This document shows positions 53,047 through 62,445 of a DNA stretch of 64,000 nucleotides, in pieces. Positions within the stretch are counted from its first letter, which is position 1. Each line of letters opens with the position of its first letter. The DNA is from Candidatus Multivorans sp. (GTDB lineage: Bacteria > Acidobacteriota > Thermoanaerobaculia > Multivoradales > Multivoraceae), in NCBI GenBank assembly GCA_965224025.1, contig OZ245033.1:3392001-3456000 (forward strand), in the 5' to 3' direction. Both the position numbers and the translations under genes were made by a program. The notes below the pieces were generated by a model that saw only the letters and a program-made list of their open reading frames with translations, searched no databases and had not been told where the DNA came from.

Positions 53047-53175
53047 GGCGGCGGCAATGTAGCATGGCGTCTCCGCTCGCAGTCGGCCCTTGATTTCCTT
53101 GCCCGAGAGGGCGAACCGCAAGGAGGCAATCGTGGAGAACCGGTCGTCCCGGGGAAGCAGTCGGTAGCGGCGGGC

Positions 53176-54807
53176 GTGCGATACGACGTCCAGACCTTCC
53201 GCGGCGACCTGTTCGGCGCACTGACCTCGACCGTCGTCGCGCTGCCCGTCGCTTTGGCCCTGGGCGTCGCCTCGGGCATGGGGGCGGCTGCCGGGCTGCA
53301 CGGCGCGATTGCAGTCGGTTTCTTTGCCGCCGTATTCGGCGGCACGCGGTCCCAGATCTCCGGTCCCACGGCACCGATGACCGTCGCCATGACGGTCATC
53401 CTCACCACCCACGCATCGAATCTAACCGAGGCGCTGACGGTGGTCGTGCTCGGGGGCCTGCTCCAGATGCTCCTCGGGCTGGCGAAGGTCGGGCGCTACG
53501 TGGTCTACACGCCCTATGTCGTCGTGTCAGGTTTCATGTCGGGCATCGGCATCGTCGTCATCCTGATCCAGATCCTGCCGATGCTCGGGGCGCCGCCCGC
53601 CCCGGGAGGCCCCATGGGCGCGATCCGAGAGTTCCCGGAGGCGGCGGGCGTCGTGAACGTGGATGCGCTCGGGCTCGGCCTGACTACACTTGCCGTGGGC
53701 GTGCTCTGGCCGCGTCGGCTCGCGAAGTACCTGCCCGGCCCGTTGCTGGCTCTGATCGTGGGCACGCTCCTCGGTGTGCTCTGGTTCAGCGGCGCGCCGA
53801 TTCTCGGCCACGTGCCGGCCGGTCTGCCGACCTTGAAGATCGGGATGCCCGCCGCGGGTTTTCTCCTGCACGCGCTTCAGCCGGCTCTGATTCTCGCCCT
53901 GCTGGGTTCCGTCGCCAGTTTGCTTACCTCCTTGGTGGCGGACTCGCTCACCGGCACCCGGCACAAGCCGAACCGCGAACTGGTGGGGCAGGGCATCGGC
54001 AACATGGTCTCGGGGTTGCTGGGAGGCCTGCCGGGCGCCGGCGCCACGATGGGAACGGTGGTCAACATCCGCGCCGGCGGCTCGACGCGGCTCTCCGGCG
54101 CGCTGCGGGCGACGTTCCTGCTCCTGCTTGCGGTGGGGCTCGGACCGATCGTCGAGCCCGTTCCTCACGCAGTGCTGGCCGCCATCATGATGAAGGTCGG
54201 CTGGGACATCATCGACTGGCCTCTGATGGCGCGCGTCCATCGGATTCGCCGCGAGCACCTGTTGGTCATGCTGTTGACGCTGGGGCTGACCGTGTTCGTC
54301 GACCTGGTGACGGCGGTGGCGGTCGGCCTGATCGCTGCGGGAATGGCCCATGCTCGGCGGCTGGAGCGGCTCGAACTGGACAGTGTGGTGTCCGTGCCGC
54401 TTCTCGACCGCACGTTCTTCACCGAGGAGCAGGGATTGCCGGCAGCGGATCGGTATTCGGCGCGCGTTGGCCTCGTGGCGCTCAAGGGAACGTTCACGGT
54501 GGCCTCCTCGAACAAGCTGGTTTCGGTGATCGGAGGAGACATCAAGGATCACGAAGTGGTCATCTTCGACTTCTCCGAGACGGTACATCTCGATGACAGC
54601 GCCGCCATGGTGATGCGGCGCCTCTTCGAAGTGGCCGCCGCGGAGCGGACCGACGTGGTCATTGCCGGCGTTTCCGGTTCCGTCGCCAGGACGCTGCGGA
54701 CACTCGACATACTCCGGGGCATCGCGAAGGACCGCCTGACAGGGACCCTGGAAGAGGCGCGAACGGTCGCCTACGATCTGCTGAATGAGAGGTCCGCGAC
54801 GGGATAG
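53176..54807 (+). CDS. SulP-family anion transporter with STAS domain
   Basis: ALPVALALG, ISGPT, ELVGQGIGN, C-terminal STAS. Confidence 0.95.
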   Translation: MRYDVQTFRGDLFGALTSTVVALPVALALGVASGMGAAAGLHGAIAVGFFAAVFGGTRSQISGPTAPMTVAMTVILTTHASNLTEALTVVVLGGLLQMLLGLAKVGRYVVYTPYVVVSGFMSGIGIVVILIQILPMLGAPPAPGGPMGAIREFPEAAGVVNVDALGLGLTTLAVGVLWPRRLAKYLPGPLLALIVGTLLGVLWFSGAPILGHVPAGLPTLKIGMPAAGFLLHALQPALILALLGSVASLLTSLVADSLTGTRHKPNRELVGQGIGNMVSGLLGGLPGAGATMGTVVNIRAGGSTRLSGALRATFLLLLAVGLGPIVEPVPHAVLAAIMMKVGWDIIDWPLMARVHRIRREHLLVMLLTLGLTVFVDLVTAVAVGLIAAGMAHARRLERLELDSVVSVPLLDRTFFTEEQGLPAADRYSARVGLVALKGTFTVASSNKLVSVIGGDIKDHEVVIFDFSETVHLDDSAAMVMRRLFEVAAAERTDVVIAGVSGSVARTLRTLDILRGIAKDRLTGTLEEARTVAYDLLNERSATG

Positions 54808-54982
54808 TGTGTGGCCGGTTCCGACCCGCGGGTCGGGGATCGCGCGGCTCGGAAAGGCGACGCCTGAGGAGTCGGGGCATAGGGTTGGTGAAACAACCTC
54901 GCGCCTCTCGCGTCAAAGAGGGAGACACGATGCGTGGCGGCCGTTGCGGCCGGGACGCGTTCGAAGGAAGGAACGTAGCCCG

Positions 54983-56674
54983 ATGAACCTGTTCCCTGTA
55001 CAGCGAGTCCTAACGGTGACGATCGCCGCGCTCTGTGGCGCTCTCACCCTGCCTGCGGCGTCGACCTCGCCGGCGGCAGCGCAGGTGCGGGTGGGCTCGA
55101 CCTGGATCACCCGACCGGTCGTGCCCGATCTGGACATTGCCGATCGGCAGCTTCGCCTGGACCTGGACGAGGCGATCGCGATCGCGCTGCAGAACAACCT
55201 CGGTCTGCTGGTGCAGCGCTACCAGCGGTCGCAGTCGCTGTTCCGGATCAATCAGGAGTACGGCATGTACGACCTGGTGCTCGGGGTCAACGGCAACGTG
55301 AACAGCGACAGCCGTCCGTCCGCCTCCCAACTCGACGGCGCCACCGTGACCCAGAACGAGACGATCACCGCGAACGTCGAGTTGCGGCAGCCGATCTCGA
55401 CCGGCGGCGACTTCACGATCGACTTCCAGAACAGCCGTTCCGAGTCGAACTCGCGCTTTTCCGACATCAACCCCAGTCTGCGGTCGAGCCTGACGTTCGC
55501 CTTCAACCAGCCTCTGCTCAGGAATCGCGGCAAGAAGATCACGGAGCGCAATCTCGCGGTGGCGCGGCTCAGCAGCGACATCAGCCTGGAGGATCTGGAG
55601 GTCCAGGTCGTCGACACGGTACAGACGGTGGCGAACGGCTACTGGGCTCTTGTCGAAGGCCTGGAGCAGTTCAAGGTAGCCGAGGAGAGTCTGGCCCTGG
55701 CCGAGGAACTCCACGAGATGAATCGGATCCAGATCGAGGTGGGGACGCTGGCGCCGCTCGAACTCGTGCAGAGCGAAGCCGGTATCGCCACCCGTGAGGA
55801 GGAGATCATCCGTGTGCAGGCGCAGATTCAGGACGCGGCGGACGAACTCAGGCGGTTGCTCAATCTGGACGAGGCGTCGTTCTGGGATCTGGAGATCGTG
55901 CCGACAACCTCGCCGGAAATTGCCCGCGTCGTCATCGACCTGGAGGCTTCGCTGAGCTGGGCGCTCGATCGGCGGGCCGAGATCGACCGTCAGGAGCATC
56001 AGATCGCATCCCTGGTGATCGATTCGGAGTTCCTGAGGAACCAGGGGCGGCCCGACCTCAACCTGAGCGTGAGCTACGGGCGCAACGCGCTCGGCGGCGA
56101 GCGGATGACGTGCGAGCGGCCCGGTGAGCCCAGCATCGCCGATCTGTTCTCGCCGTGTCCCGAGGAGTACATTCAGACGGACTCGCTCGACTACTTTTCG
56201 ACCCTGGGCCAGTTCTACAGCGGCATTCTGGGACAGGTCTTCGAGGGCTGGAACGTCGGCCTGAACTTCTCGAAGCCGCTCCAGAACCGGTCGGCCAGGG
56301 CCCAGAGCCGGATCGCCGAACTGGCGCTGGATCAGGGGCGGCTTGAACTCCAGGACGTGATGCTGTCGATCCGTACCGAGGTCCGTACCGCCGCCCGTTC
56401 GGTGGAGACCGCGGGCAAGCAGATCGACTCCGCCCGGGTGTCGCGCGAGTTGGCGGAGAAGAACCTCGATGCGGCACAGAAGCGCTACGAGAACGGACTC
56501 TGGACGAGCTTCCAGGTGCTTGAGATCCAGGAGGATCTGACTGCGGCGCGAAGCCGTGAAGTCGAGGCGATCACGGGCTACCGGCGCGCCTTGCTTGCCT
56601 ACTTCAAGGCGATCGGCATGCTGCTGGACCAGAAGGGCATCGAACTAGTCGACGACGCCGAAGCCGGCAACTGA
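54983..56674 (+). CDS. TolC-family outer membrane protein
   Basis: Signal peptide; LDEAIAIALQNN, QPLLRN, KRYENG..TSFQVLEIQ. Confidence 0.9.
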   Translation: MNLFPVQRVLTVTIAALCGALTLPAASTSPAAAQVRVGSTWITRPVVPDLDIADRQLRLDLDEAIAIALQNNLGLLVQRYQRSQSLFRINQEYGMYDLVLGVNGNVNSDSRPSASQLDGATVTQNETITANVELRQPISTGGDFTIDFQNSRSESNSRFSDINPSLRSSLTFAFNQPLLRNRGKKITERNLAVARLSSDISLEDLEVQVVDTVQTVANGYWALVEGLEQFKVAEESLALAEELHEMNRIQIEVGTLAPLELVQSEAGIATREEEIIRVQAQIQDAADELRRLLNLDEASFWDLEIVPTTSPEIARVVIDLEASLSWALDRRAEIDRQEHQIASLVIDSEFLRNQGRPDLNLSVSYGRNALGGERMTCERPGEPSIADLFSPCPEEYIQTDSLDYFSTLGQFYSGILGQVFEGWNVGLNFSKPLQNRSARAQSRIAELALDQGRLELQDVMLSIRTEVRTAARSVETAGKQIDSARVSRELAEKNLDAAQKRYENGLWTSFQVLEIQEDLTAARSREVEAITGYRRALLAYFKAIGMLLDQKGIELVDDAEAGN

Positions 56675-56694
56675 CGCGCACGGAAGCGCGGCGC

Positions 56695-56738
56695 TGGTGC
56701 CGGAGGTGGGAGTCGAACCCACACGCCCGTAGAGGGCG
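56695..56738 (-). repeat. Duplicated 3' end of tRNA-Leu(CAA), att-like
   Basis: 34 bp identical to 56785-56818; variable-arm stem also kept. Confidence 0.9.
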
Positions 56739-56784
56739 CAGGGTCATTGGAGTCCCCGCAGGGGACCCCTTCAAGGGGCAGCGT

Positions 56785-56871
56785 TGGTGCCGGAGGTGGG
56801 AGTCGAACCCACACGCCCAGTTAGGGCGGGGGATTTTGAGTCCCCTGCGTCTGCCATTCCGCCACTCCGGC
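56785..56871 (-). tRNA. tRNA-Leu(CAA)
   Basis: GGGGA-CTCAAAA-TCCCC on minus strand; CCA end. Confidence 0.97.
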
Positions 56872-57021
56872 ATGGAAATCCGCACCCTGCGGGCGCCGCG
56901 GCGACGGTGGCGGAGAGTAGCATCGACGCGGTGCAACTTCCAGTGCTGGAGCTGCAAAGTCTGGACCCTCAACGACTTAGAGCCGGCGTCTCGAGCAAGG
57001 CGCAAATGGAGCGGGAACGGC

Positions 57022-57050
57022 TTGACGTTCTGAGCCCTCTAGGCTACAAT
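57022..57050 (+). promoter_or_regulatory. Sigma70 promoter upstream of carD
   Basis: TTGACG - 17 nt - TACAAT. Confidence 0.7.
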
Positions 57051-57190
57051 CCGCGCCCGTTAACTGTGTGGCTATCCGTAACTTAGAGATATCCAGACCA
57101 CCAACTGGCGGCCGATCTCGTAACTGCATTCAAGGTTCCGGCGATGTTTGCCGAGACGGGCGACTGCCATGTGTCTGAAGGGGGTCCAGA

Positions 57191-57706
57191 GTGTTCCGAG
57201 TCGGTGAAAAGGTCGTATACCCCAACCACGGCGTGAGCATGGTGGAACGCATCGCGCTGGGCGCCCCGGACGGCGGGGAGAAGCAAACCTACTACCACCT
57301 GCGGGTGCTGGGCAACGACTCGAAGGTGATGGTGCCGGAGGAAAACCTGGACCGCGTGGGCCTGCGGCGTCTGGCCAAGTCGCGGGAGATCAAGGACCTG
57401 CTGCGGTTGATCGCGGACGGCAACATCGATGTCTACAAGGACTGGAAGGGCCGCTACAAGCAGAACCTCGACAAGATGCGGACCGGCTCCCTGACTGACG
57501 CCGCCCAGGTGCTCAAGAACCTCCGCCTGGTGAGTCAGAAGAAGAGCCTGTCGTTCCGCGAGAAGAAGATGTACGAGAAGGCGAAGTACTTCATCGTCAG
57601 CGAGGTTCTGCACGTCAGAGAGATCGGCGAAGAGGAAGCGGAGGTGCTGGTCGAGAAGGCGCTCACGGGCAGCCTCGAAAAGATCTCCAAGGCCAAGGCC
57701 AGTTGA
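57191..57706 (+). CDS. carD: CarD/CdnL-family RNA polymerase-binding regulator
   Basis: FRVGEKVVYPNHGV, VMVP..N...VGLR, DWKGRYKQN, LSFREKKM. Confidence 0.95.
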   Translation: MFRVGEKVVYPNHGVSMVERIALGAPDGGEKQTYYHLRVLGNDSKVMVPEENLDRVGLRRLAKSREIKDLLRLIADGNIDVYKDWKGRYKQNLDKMRTGSLTDAAQVLKNLRLVSQKKSLSFREKKMYEKAKYFIVSEVLHVREIGEEEAEVLVEKALTGSLEKISKAKAS

Positions 57707-57818
57707 GGCTCTCGGGCCGCGACGCTTCCTGCCTCTAGCAACCAGGGCCACGACAGGCCGGATTCGACAGGGCGGTCGGGGATCGGCAGGGGAATACGAG
57801 CGAGGGCTGATGTAGATC

Positions 57819-58214
57819 GTGACAAAGCTCCTCGTCATCCTGATTGCCGTGCTGGTGGCGTGGATGTGGATCTCGCGGATGGTCCGCGGGCTGCTGCGGT
57901 CGCCGCGAACCGCCGAGGCGCGCTCCTTCCTGCGCCTGCTCCAGGTATTGCAACGGTCCGCGGCCGGCACTCCCGGTACGGGCCGGACCGGAGGCAGCCG
58001 GAGTGCACGCGGTACGGCCGGCGGTCGCCCGACTGGAGGCTCCGAGCACGACTCCGGGGCGACTCGCGGCCCGGGACGGACAAGCGCGCTGCTTCGGTGC
58101 CGGCGTTGCGGCGTTCACGTGCCTGAAGTTCAGTTGACCGCCGGCGTATGCGGCAACTGCGTCGAGGAGGACCGGGCCGGCAGTGGGACCGCGCCGCAGA
58201 ACGGAACGAAGTGA
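57819..58214 (+). CDS. Small membrane-anchored protein with CxxC...CxxC (PP0621-like)
   Basis: N-terminal TM; CRRCGVHVP...CGNC; GTGA overlap with priA. Confidence 0.7.
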   Translation: MTKLLVILIAVLVAWMWISRMVRGLLRSPRTAEARSFLRLLQVLQRSAAGTPGTGRTGGSRSARGTAGGRPTGGSEHDSGATRGPGRTSALLRCRRCGVHVPEVQLTAGVCGNCVEEDRAGSGTAPQNGTK

Positions 58215-60679
58215 GTTCGGCAACGCAGCCGCGGGATGCCGGGATCTGCGCCGCCGGAGGCGAGTACGCCGAAGTCGCGGTGCCGCTGCCGCTGCCCGAT
58301 CCCCTGACCTACAGCGTACCCGGGCGCTGGAGCGGCCTGGTCCGAGTCGGCGTCCGCGTGCGGGTACCCGTGGGCAAGCGGCGCCTGACGGGCTGGATCG
58401 TGGGCCTTCCGGCCCGCCCCCCGACCGGCGTCGAAACCCAACTGCGCCCGATCGAGTCGGTCGTCGACCTGGAACCCGTCCTGCCGGACGACCTGATGGA
58501 GATCGCGCGCTTCGCGTCTTCCTACTACTCCGCGCCGATCGGCGAAGTACTGAAGAACATGGTTCCCGGCCAGCTCACCGGCTGGGGCGACCGGCGCGCG
58601 GAACTCACCAACCGCGGCGCGCTCCACGACTGGCGCGACCCGCTGAGTCAGGCCCTGCAACGACTGCTCCTGGATCGGGGCCGCCTGACGCTGGCGACGA
58701 TCTGGAACGAGATCGGGGAGGCGACGCTCTTCGATCGGATCGAGAGCTGGCGGGAGAGCGGCCGCATCAGGCTGTACGAACCCGGCAGCCGAAGTTCCCG
58801 CTACCGTGCGGCCGTGGAACTGCCGCCGGGGGACCGCGAGGCCCAGCTTCAGGCCTGCGGGCGGTCTCCGGCGGGCCGCCTCGTGGTCGAGTACCTCGCG
58901 GAACTGAACCGGCCGGCGACGCTGGAGGAGTTGCGTTCGCAGACCGGTGCTTCGGCGGCGGTCGTGCGACGCCTGGGACGACTTGGCGTTCTCCGCTCCT
59001 TTACCCAGATCGAAACGATGGATCTGGCCCGCCATCGTCTGGCCGGCGATGGCGAGGCGGCGCCGATCGAACTGCGCCCGGACCAGGCGGTTGCCGCCGA
59101 CGAACTCGTGGCCGCGGTCCGGAGCGGGCAGTTCCGGCCCTGCTTCCTGGGCGGCATGACCGGATCCGGCAAGACCGAGGTCTACCTTCAAGCCGCTCGG
59201 GCGGCGGTCGGGGAGGACCGGTCCGTCATCGTTCTGGTGCCGGAGATCGCCCTGGTGCCGGCACTTGCGCGGACGCTGAAGGAACGCTTCGGCGACCTGG
59301 TCGCCCTGTTGCACTCGAACCTCGGCAGCGCCGAGCGCCAACAGGAGTGGGAGCGCATCCGCGGCGGCGACTGCCGGGTCGTCGTCGGTCCCCGGTCGGC
59401 CGTCTTTGCTCCCGTTCGGAACCTGGGCCTGATCGTGGTGGACGAGGAGCAGGACGCGGCCTACAAGCAGGACACGCGTCCCCGGTACAGCGGCCGGGAC
59501 CTGGCCCTGGTGCGGGCCCGCTCGTGCTCCGCGGCCGCCGTGCTGGTCTCCGCGACACCGAGTCTGGAAACCCGCTTGAACGTCGAGCGCGGTCGCTATC
59601 GCCACCTCCGGCTAACCGCCAGGGTCGGGTCGGGTTCGCTTCCCGAACCGATCCTGGTCGACCTCCGCAAGGAAGCCGGGGGCCCCCGCCGGCCGGGCGA
59701 CGTGACTTTCTCCCAGCCGCTAGTCGACCAGATCACGCACAGCCTGGAGCGAGGAGAGCAGGTGATCCTGCTGCGGAACCGGCGGGGCTACTCGCCGCAA
59801 CTGCTGTGTCGGGCCTGCGGCGAGAACATGCCCTGTGAGGACTGTGGTTTGCCCAAGAGCTTTCACCGCCGGGAGCGAAGACTGATCTGCCACTACTGCG
59901 GCGCCCGCGAGGACGTGCCGCGGCTCTGCCCCGACTGCGGCGAGGACGCCCTGCAGCCGATCGGCGCCGGCACGGAGAGGGTGGAGGAGGAAGTCCTGGC
60001 GCGGTTTCCGGGCGCCGTCGTGGACGTACTGGACCGGGACGCGACTCGGCGCGTCGGAGGCGCCACGGCGGTCCTGGAGAAGTTCCGCGGTGGTCGCACC
60101 CAGATCCTGATCGGCACCCAGATGGTGTCCAAGGGACACCACTTCCCCGACGTTGCGCTCGCGGCGGTACTCGCCGCGGACTCCTACCTCGGGTTTCCGG
60201 ACTTCCGGGCGGCGGAACGCAGCTACGCCATGCTCACGCAGCTTGCCGGGCGGGCCGGTCGCGGCGAACGTTCCGGCCGGTTCGTGATCCAGACGTACCA
60301 TCCGGATCACTATGCGATCCAGGCGGTGCTGAACGGAGATGAGGACGCCTTTGCCAGCCAGGAGATGCGGTTTCGCCGGGTGTTCCACTACCCGCCGTTC
60401 ACCCGCATGGTCCAGATCGTGGTCCGGGATCGGGACCGTGAACGCGGTTGGGGCCGGATCAGGGAGCTTGCAGGGGCCGCCCGTGCCCACCCGCTGGCCG
60501 CCGGCGTGCGCTTTTCGGGTCCCGCTCCGGCGCCGCTCGAGCGCCTCAAGGGGCAGTGGCGGTTTCAATTCCTGATGCGCTCGGGGAGCGGCGCGGACGT
60601 GCGGGGGCTGACCCGTGCCGTCGTGCCGGCGCCGGCGGTGGATCTGGCCGTAGATGTTGATCCGCAGGATCTGATGTGA
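58211..60679 (+). CDS. priA: Primosomal protein N'
   Basis: GMTGSGKTEVY, DEEQD, NRRGY, Cys-rich region, PDFRAAER. Confidence 0.98.
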   Translation: MSSATQPRDAGICAAGGEYAEVAVPLPLPDPLTYSVPGRWSGLVRVGVRVRVPVGKRRLTGWIVGLPARPPTGVETQLRPIESVVDLEPVLPDDLMEIARFASSYYSAPIGEVLKNMVPGQLTGWGDRRAELTNRGALHDWRDPLSQALQRLLLDRGRLTLATIWNEIGEATLFDRIESWRESGRIRLYEPGSRSSRYRAAVELPPGDREAQLQACGRSPAGRLVVEYLAELNRPATLEELRSQTGASAAVVRRLGRLGVLRSFTQIETMDLARHRLAGDGEAAPIELRPDQAVAADELVAAVRSGQFRPCFLGGMTGSGKTEVYLQAARAAVGEDRSVIVLVPEIALVPALARTLKERFGDLVALLHSNLGSAERQQEWERIRGGDCRVVVGPRSAVFAPVRNLGLIVVDEEQDAAYKQDTRPRYSGRDLALVRARSCSAAAVLVSATPSLETRLNVERGRYRHLRLTARVGSGSLPEPILVDLRKEAGGPRRPGDVTFSQPLVDQITHSLERGEQVILLRNRRGYSPQLLCRACGENMPCEDCGLPKSFHRRERRLICHYCGAREDVPRLCPDCGEDALQPIGAGTERVEEEVLARFPGAVVDVLDRDATRRVGGATAVLEKFRGGRTQILIGTQMVSKGHHFPDVALAAVLAADSYLGFPDFRAAERSYAMLTQLAGRAGRGERSGRFVIQTYHPDHYAIQAVLNGDEDAFASQEMRFRRVFHYPPFTRMVQIVVRDRDRERGWGRIRELAGAARAHPLAAGVRFSGPAPAPLERLKGQWRFQFLMRSGSGADVRGLTRAVVPAPAVDLAVDVDPQDLM

Positions 60680-62436
60680 CGGCGCCGGAACAAGGCGGCC
60701 GCCGCCGCGACGAGACGGTGGAGTGGCTGGAGAAGCCCACTCCCGAGCCCGCCGAACGACTCCTGGCAGCGGGATACGGGCTGCTTGCCGCTCCCCTTGC
60801 CCGCAGGGGAGTGGAGACCGAGGCGGAGGCGGAGACCTTTCTCAGACCGCACCGCCGTGGCTTGCACGACCCCTTCCTGCTGAGGGGGATGGAGGAGGCG
60901 GTCGAGCGGGTACTTGCCGTCTGCCGCGACCGCGGCACCGTCGCCGTGGTGGGGGACTACGACGTCGACGGAGTAAGCGCCTGCGCGCTGCTCACCGCTG
61001 TACTGCGAGCTCTGGCTGCCGATGTGGTTCCCATCCTTCCGAACCGGTTCACCGAGGGATACGGCTTTCAGGTCGTTCAGGTCGAGAAGGCGAAGCGCGC
61101 GGGGGCCTCGCTGATCGTCACGGTTGACTGCGGTACGACCTCGAACGAGGCGGTGGAGGAGGCGATCAGGCAGGGAATCGACGTGGTCGTGACCGATCAT
61201 CACATTGCCGGAAGCGACTTTCCGTCCCAGGCGATCCAGGTCAATCCTCAACAGGATGGCTGTACCTACCCGTTCCGCCACCTTTGCGGCGCCGGACTTG
61301 CGTTCAAGCTGGCGCAGGCAGTGCTGCGTCGGAGCGATCGCGAGGCCCCGCTGGCTGCGCTGTTGCGCGTCGCATGTCTCGGCACGATCGCGGATGTGGT
61401 GCCCCTGGTGGGTGAGAACCGCGTTATCGCCGCGCTCGGCCTGCAGGCGCTGGAGAAGTCACGTTCTCCGGGGCTTCGGGCCCTGATGCGGGTCGCTCGC
61501 ATCGAGGGCGCCGTGTCGTCGACGGAAGTCGCCTTTCGGCTGGGACCGAGGCTCAACGCCGCCGGCCGGCTGGCCAGCGCCGATTTGGCGCTCCGTCTGC
61601 TGCTGACCCGGGACACGGCCGAGGCGGACCGCCTGGCGGGGGAGCTCGACTCCCTGAACCGCCAGCGGCAGGGCGAAGAACGCCGCGTGTTGGAGGAGGC
61701 GACGGAGGTGTTCTCGGCCGACGGGCGGCGGCCCGGGATCTTCATGGCCTGGCGCCCGGAATGGCACAGGGGCGTGGTCGGCATTGCCGCCGGGCGCCTT
61801 GCCCGCGAGTTTCATCGTCCGGTGATCCTGCTGGGCGTCGATGGCGAGACGTGCACCGGCTCGGGTCGCAGCATCCCCGGTGTCGATCTCCACTCCTTCA
61901 TGACCCGTTTCGAGGCGCGGATGGAGCGATTCGGAGGACATCCCCAGGCCATCGGCCTGTCTGTGGGCGTGGCCGAACTGCCGGCTCTGAGAGACGAGAT
62001 GGAAGCGGCCGCCGATTGGGTGCCGGAAGTGCTGGTGCGGCGTCGGGAGTATGAACTGGACCTCTCTCCGGAACAGGTCGAGCCGGCCCTGTTCCGGGAA
62101 TTGGCGCGGTTGGAGCCGCATGGTGAAGGGAATCGCCGGCCGCTGATCCGGCTCGGACCGCTGGAGCGGAGCGGTCCGGTGCGTGAGTTCGGCAAGGACC
62201 ACGTCAAACTGCGCGTCAGGCGCGGGGGAAGCAGGGGTTCCGGGTCCGGCCGCCCCGTGCAGTTGCTCGGCTGGGGCTGGCGGGAACGACTGCCCGACCT
62301 CGACGGACTCTTCGAGGTGCTCGGGGCGCTGGAATGGGACAACTACGCCGGTGGTCTCGTGGTCAGGGTCGAGGACGCCAGGCGAATTGCGCGCGCCTGG
62401 AGCGTCGCAGAAGATCCGGAGGCCGGCGCCAAGTAG
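60676..62436 (+). CDS. recJ: ssDNA-specific exonuclease RecJ
   Basis: GDYDVDG, TVDCG, TDHH, PRLNAAGRL, GSGRS, FGGH. Confidence 0.98.
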   Translation: MTAPEQGGRRRDETVEWLEKPTPEPAERLLAAGYGLLAAPLARRGVETEAEAETFLRPHRRGLHDPFLLRGMEEAVERVLAVCRDRGTVAVVGDYDVDGVSACALLTAVLRALAADVVPILPNRFTEGYGFQVVQVEKAKRAGASLIVTVDCGTTSNEAVEEAIRQGIDVVVTDHHIAGSDFPSQAIQVNPQQDGCTYPFRHLCGAGLAFKLAQAVLRRSDREAPLAALLRVACLGTIADVVPLVGENRVIAALGLQALEKSRSPGLRALMRVARIEGAVSSTEVAFRLGPRLNAAGRLASADLALRLLLTRDTAEADRLAGELDSLNRQRQGEERRVLEEATEVFSADGRRPGIFMAWRPEWHRGVVGIAAGRLAREFHRPVILLGVDGETCTGSGRSIPGVDLHSFMTRFEARMERFGGHPQAIGLSVGVAELPALRDEMEAAADWVPEVLVRRREYELDLSPEQVEPALFRELARLEPHGEGNRRPLIRLGPLERSGPVREFGKDHVKLRVRRGGSRGSGSGRPVQLLGWGWRERLPDLDGLFEVLGALEWDNYAGGLVVRVEDARRIARAWSVAEDPEAGAK

Positions 62437-62445
62437 ACTTGGCCC

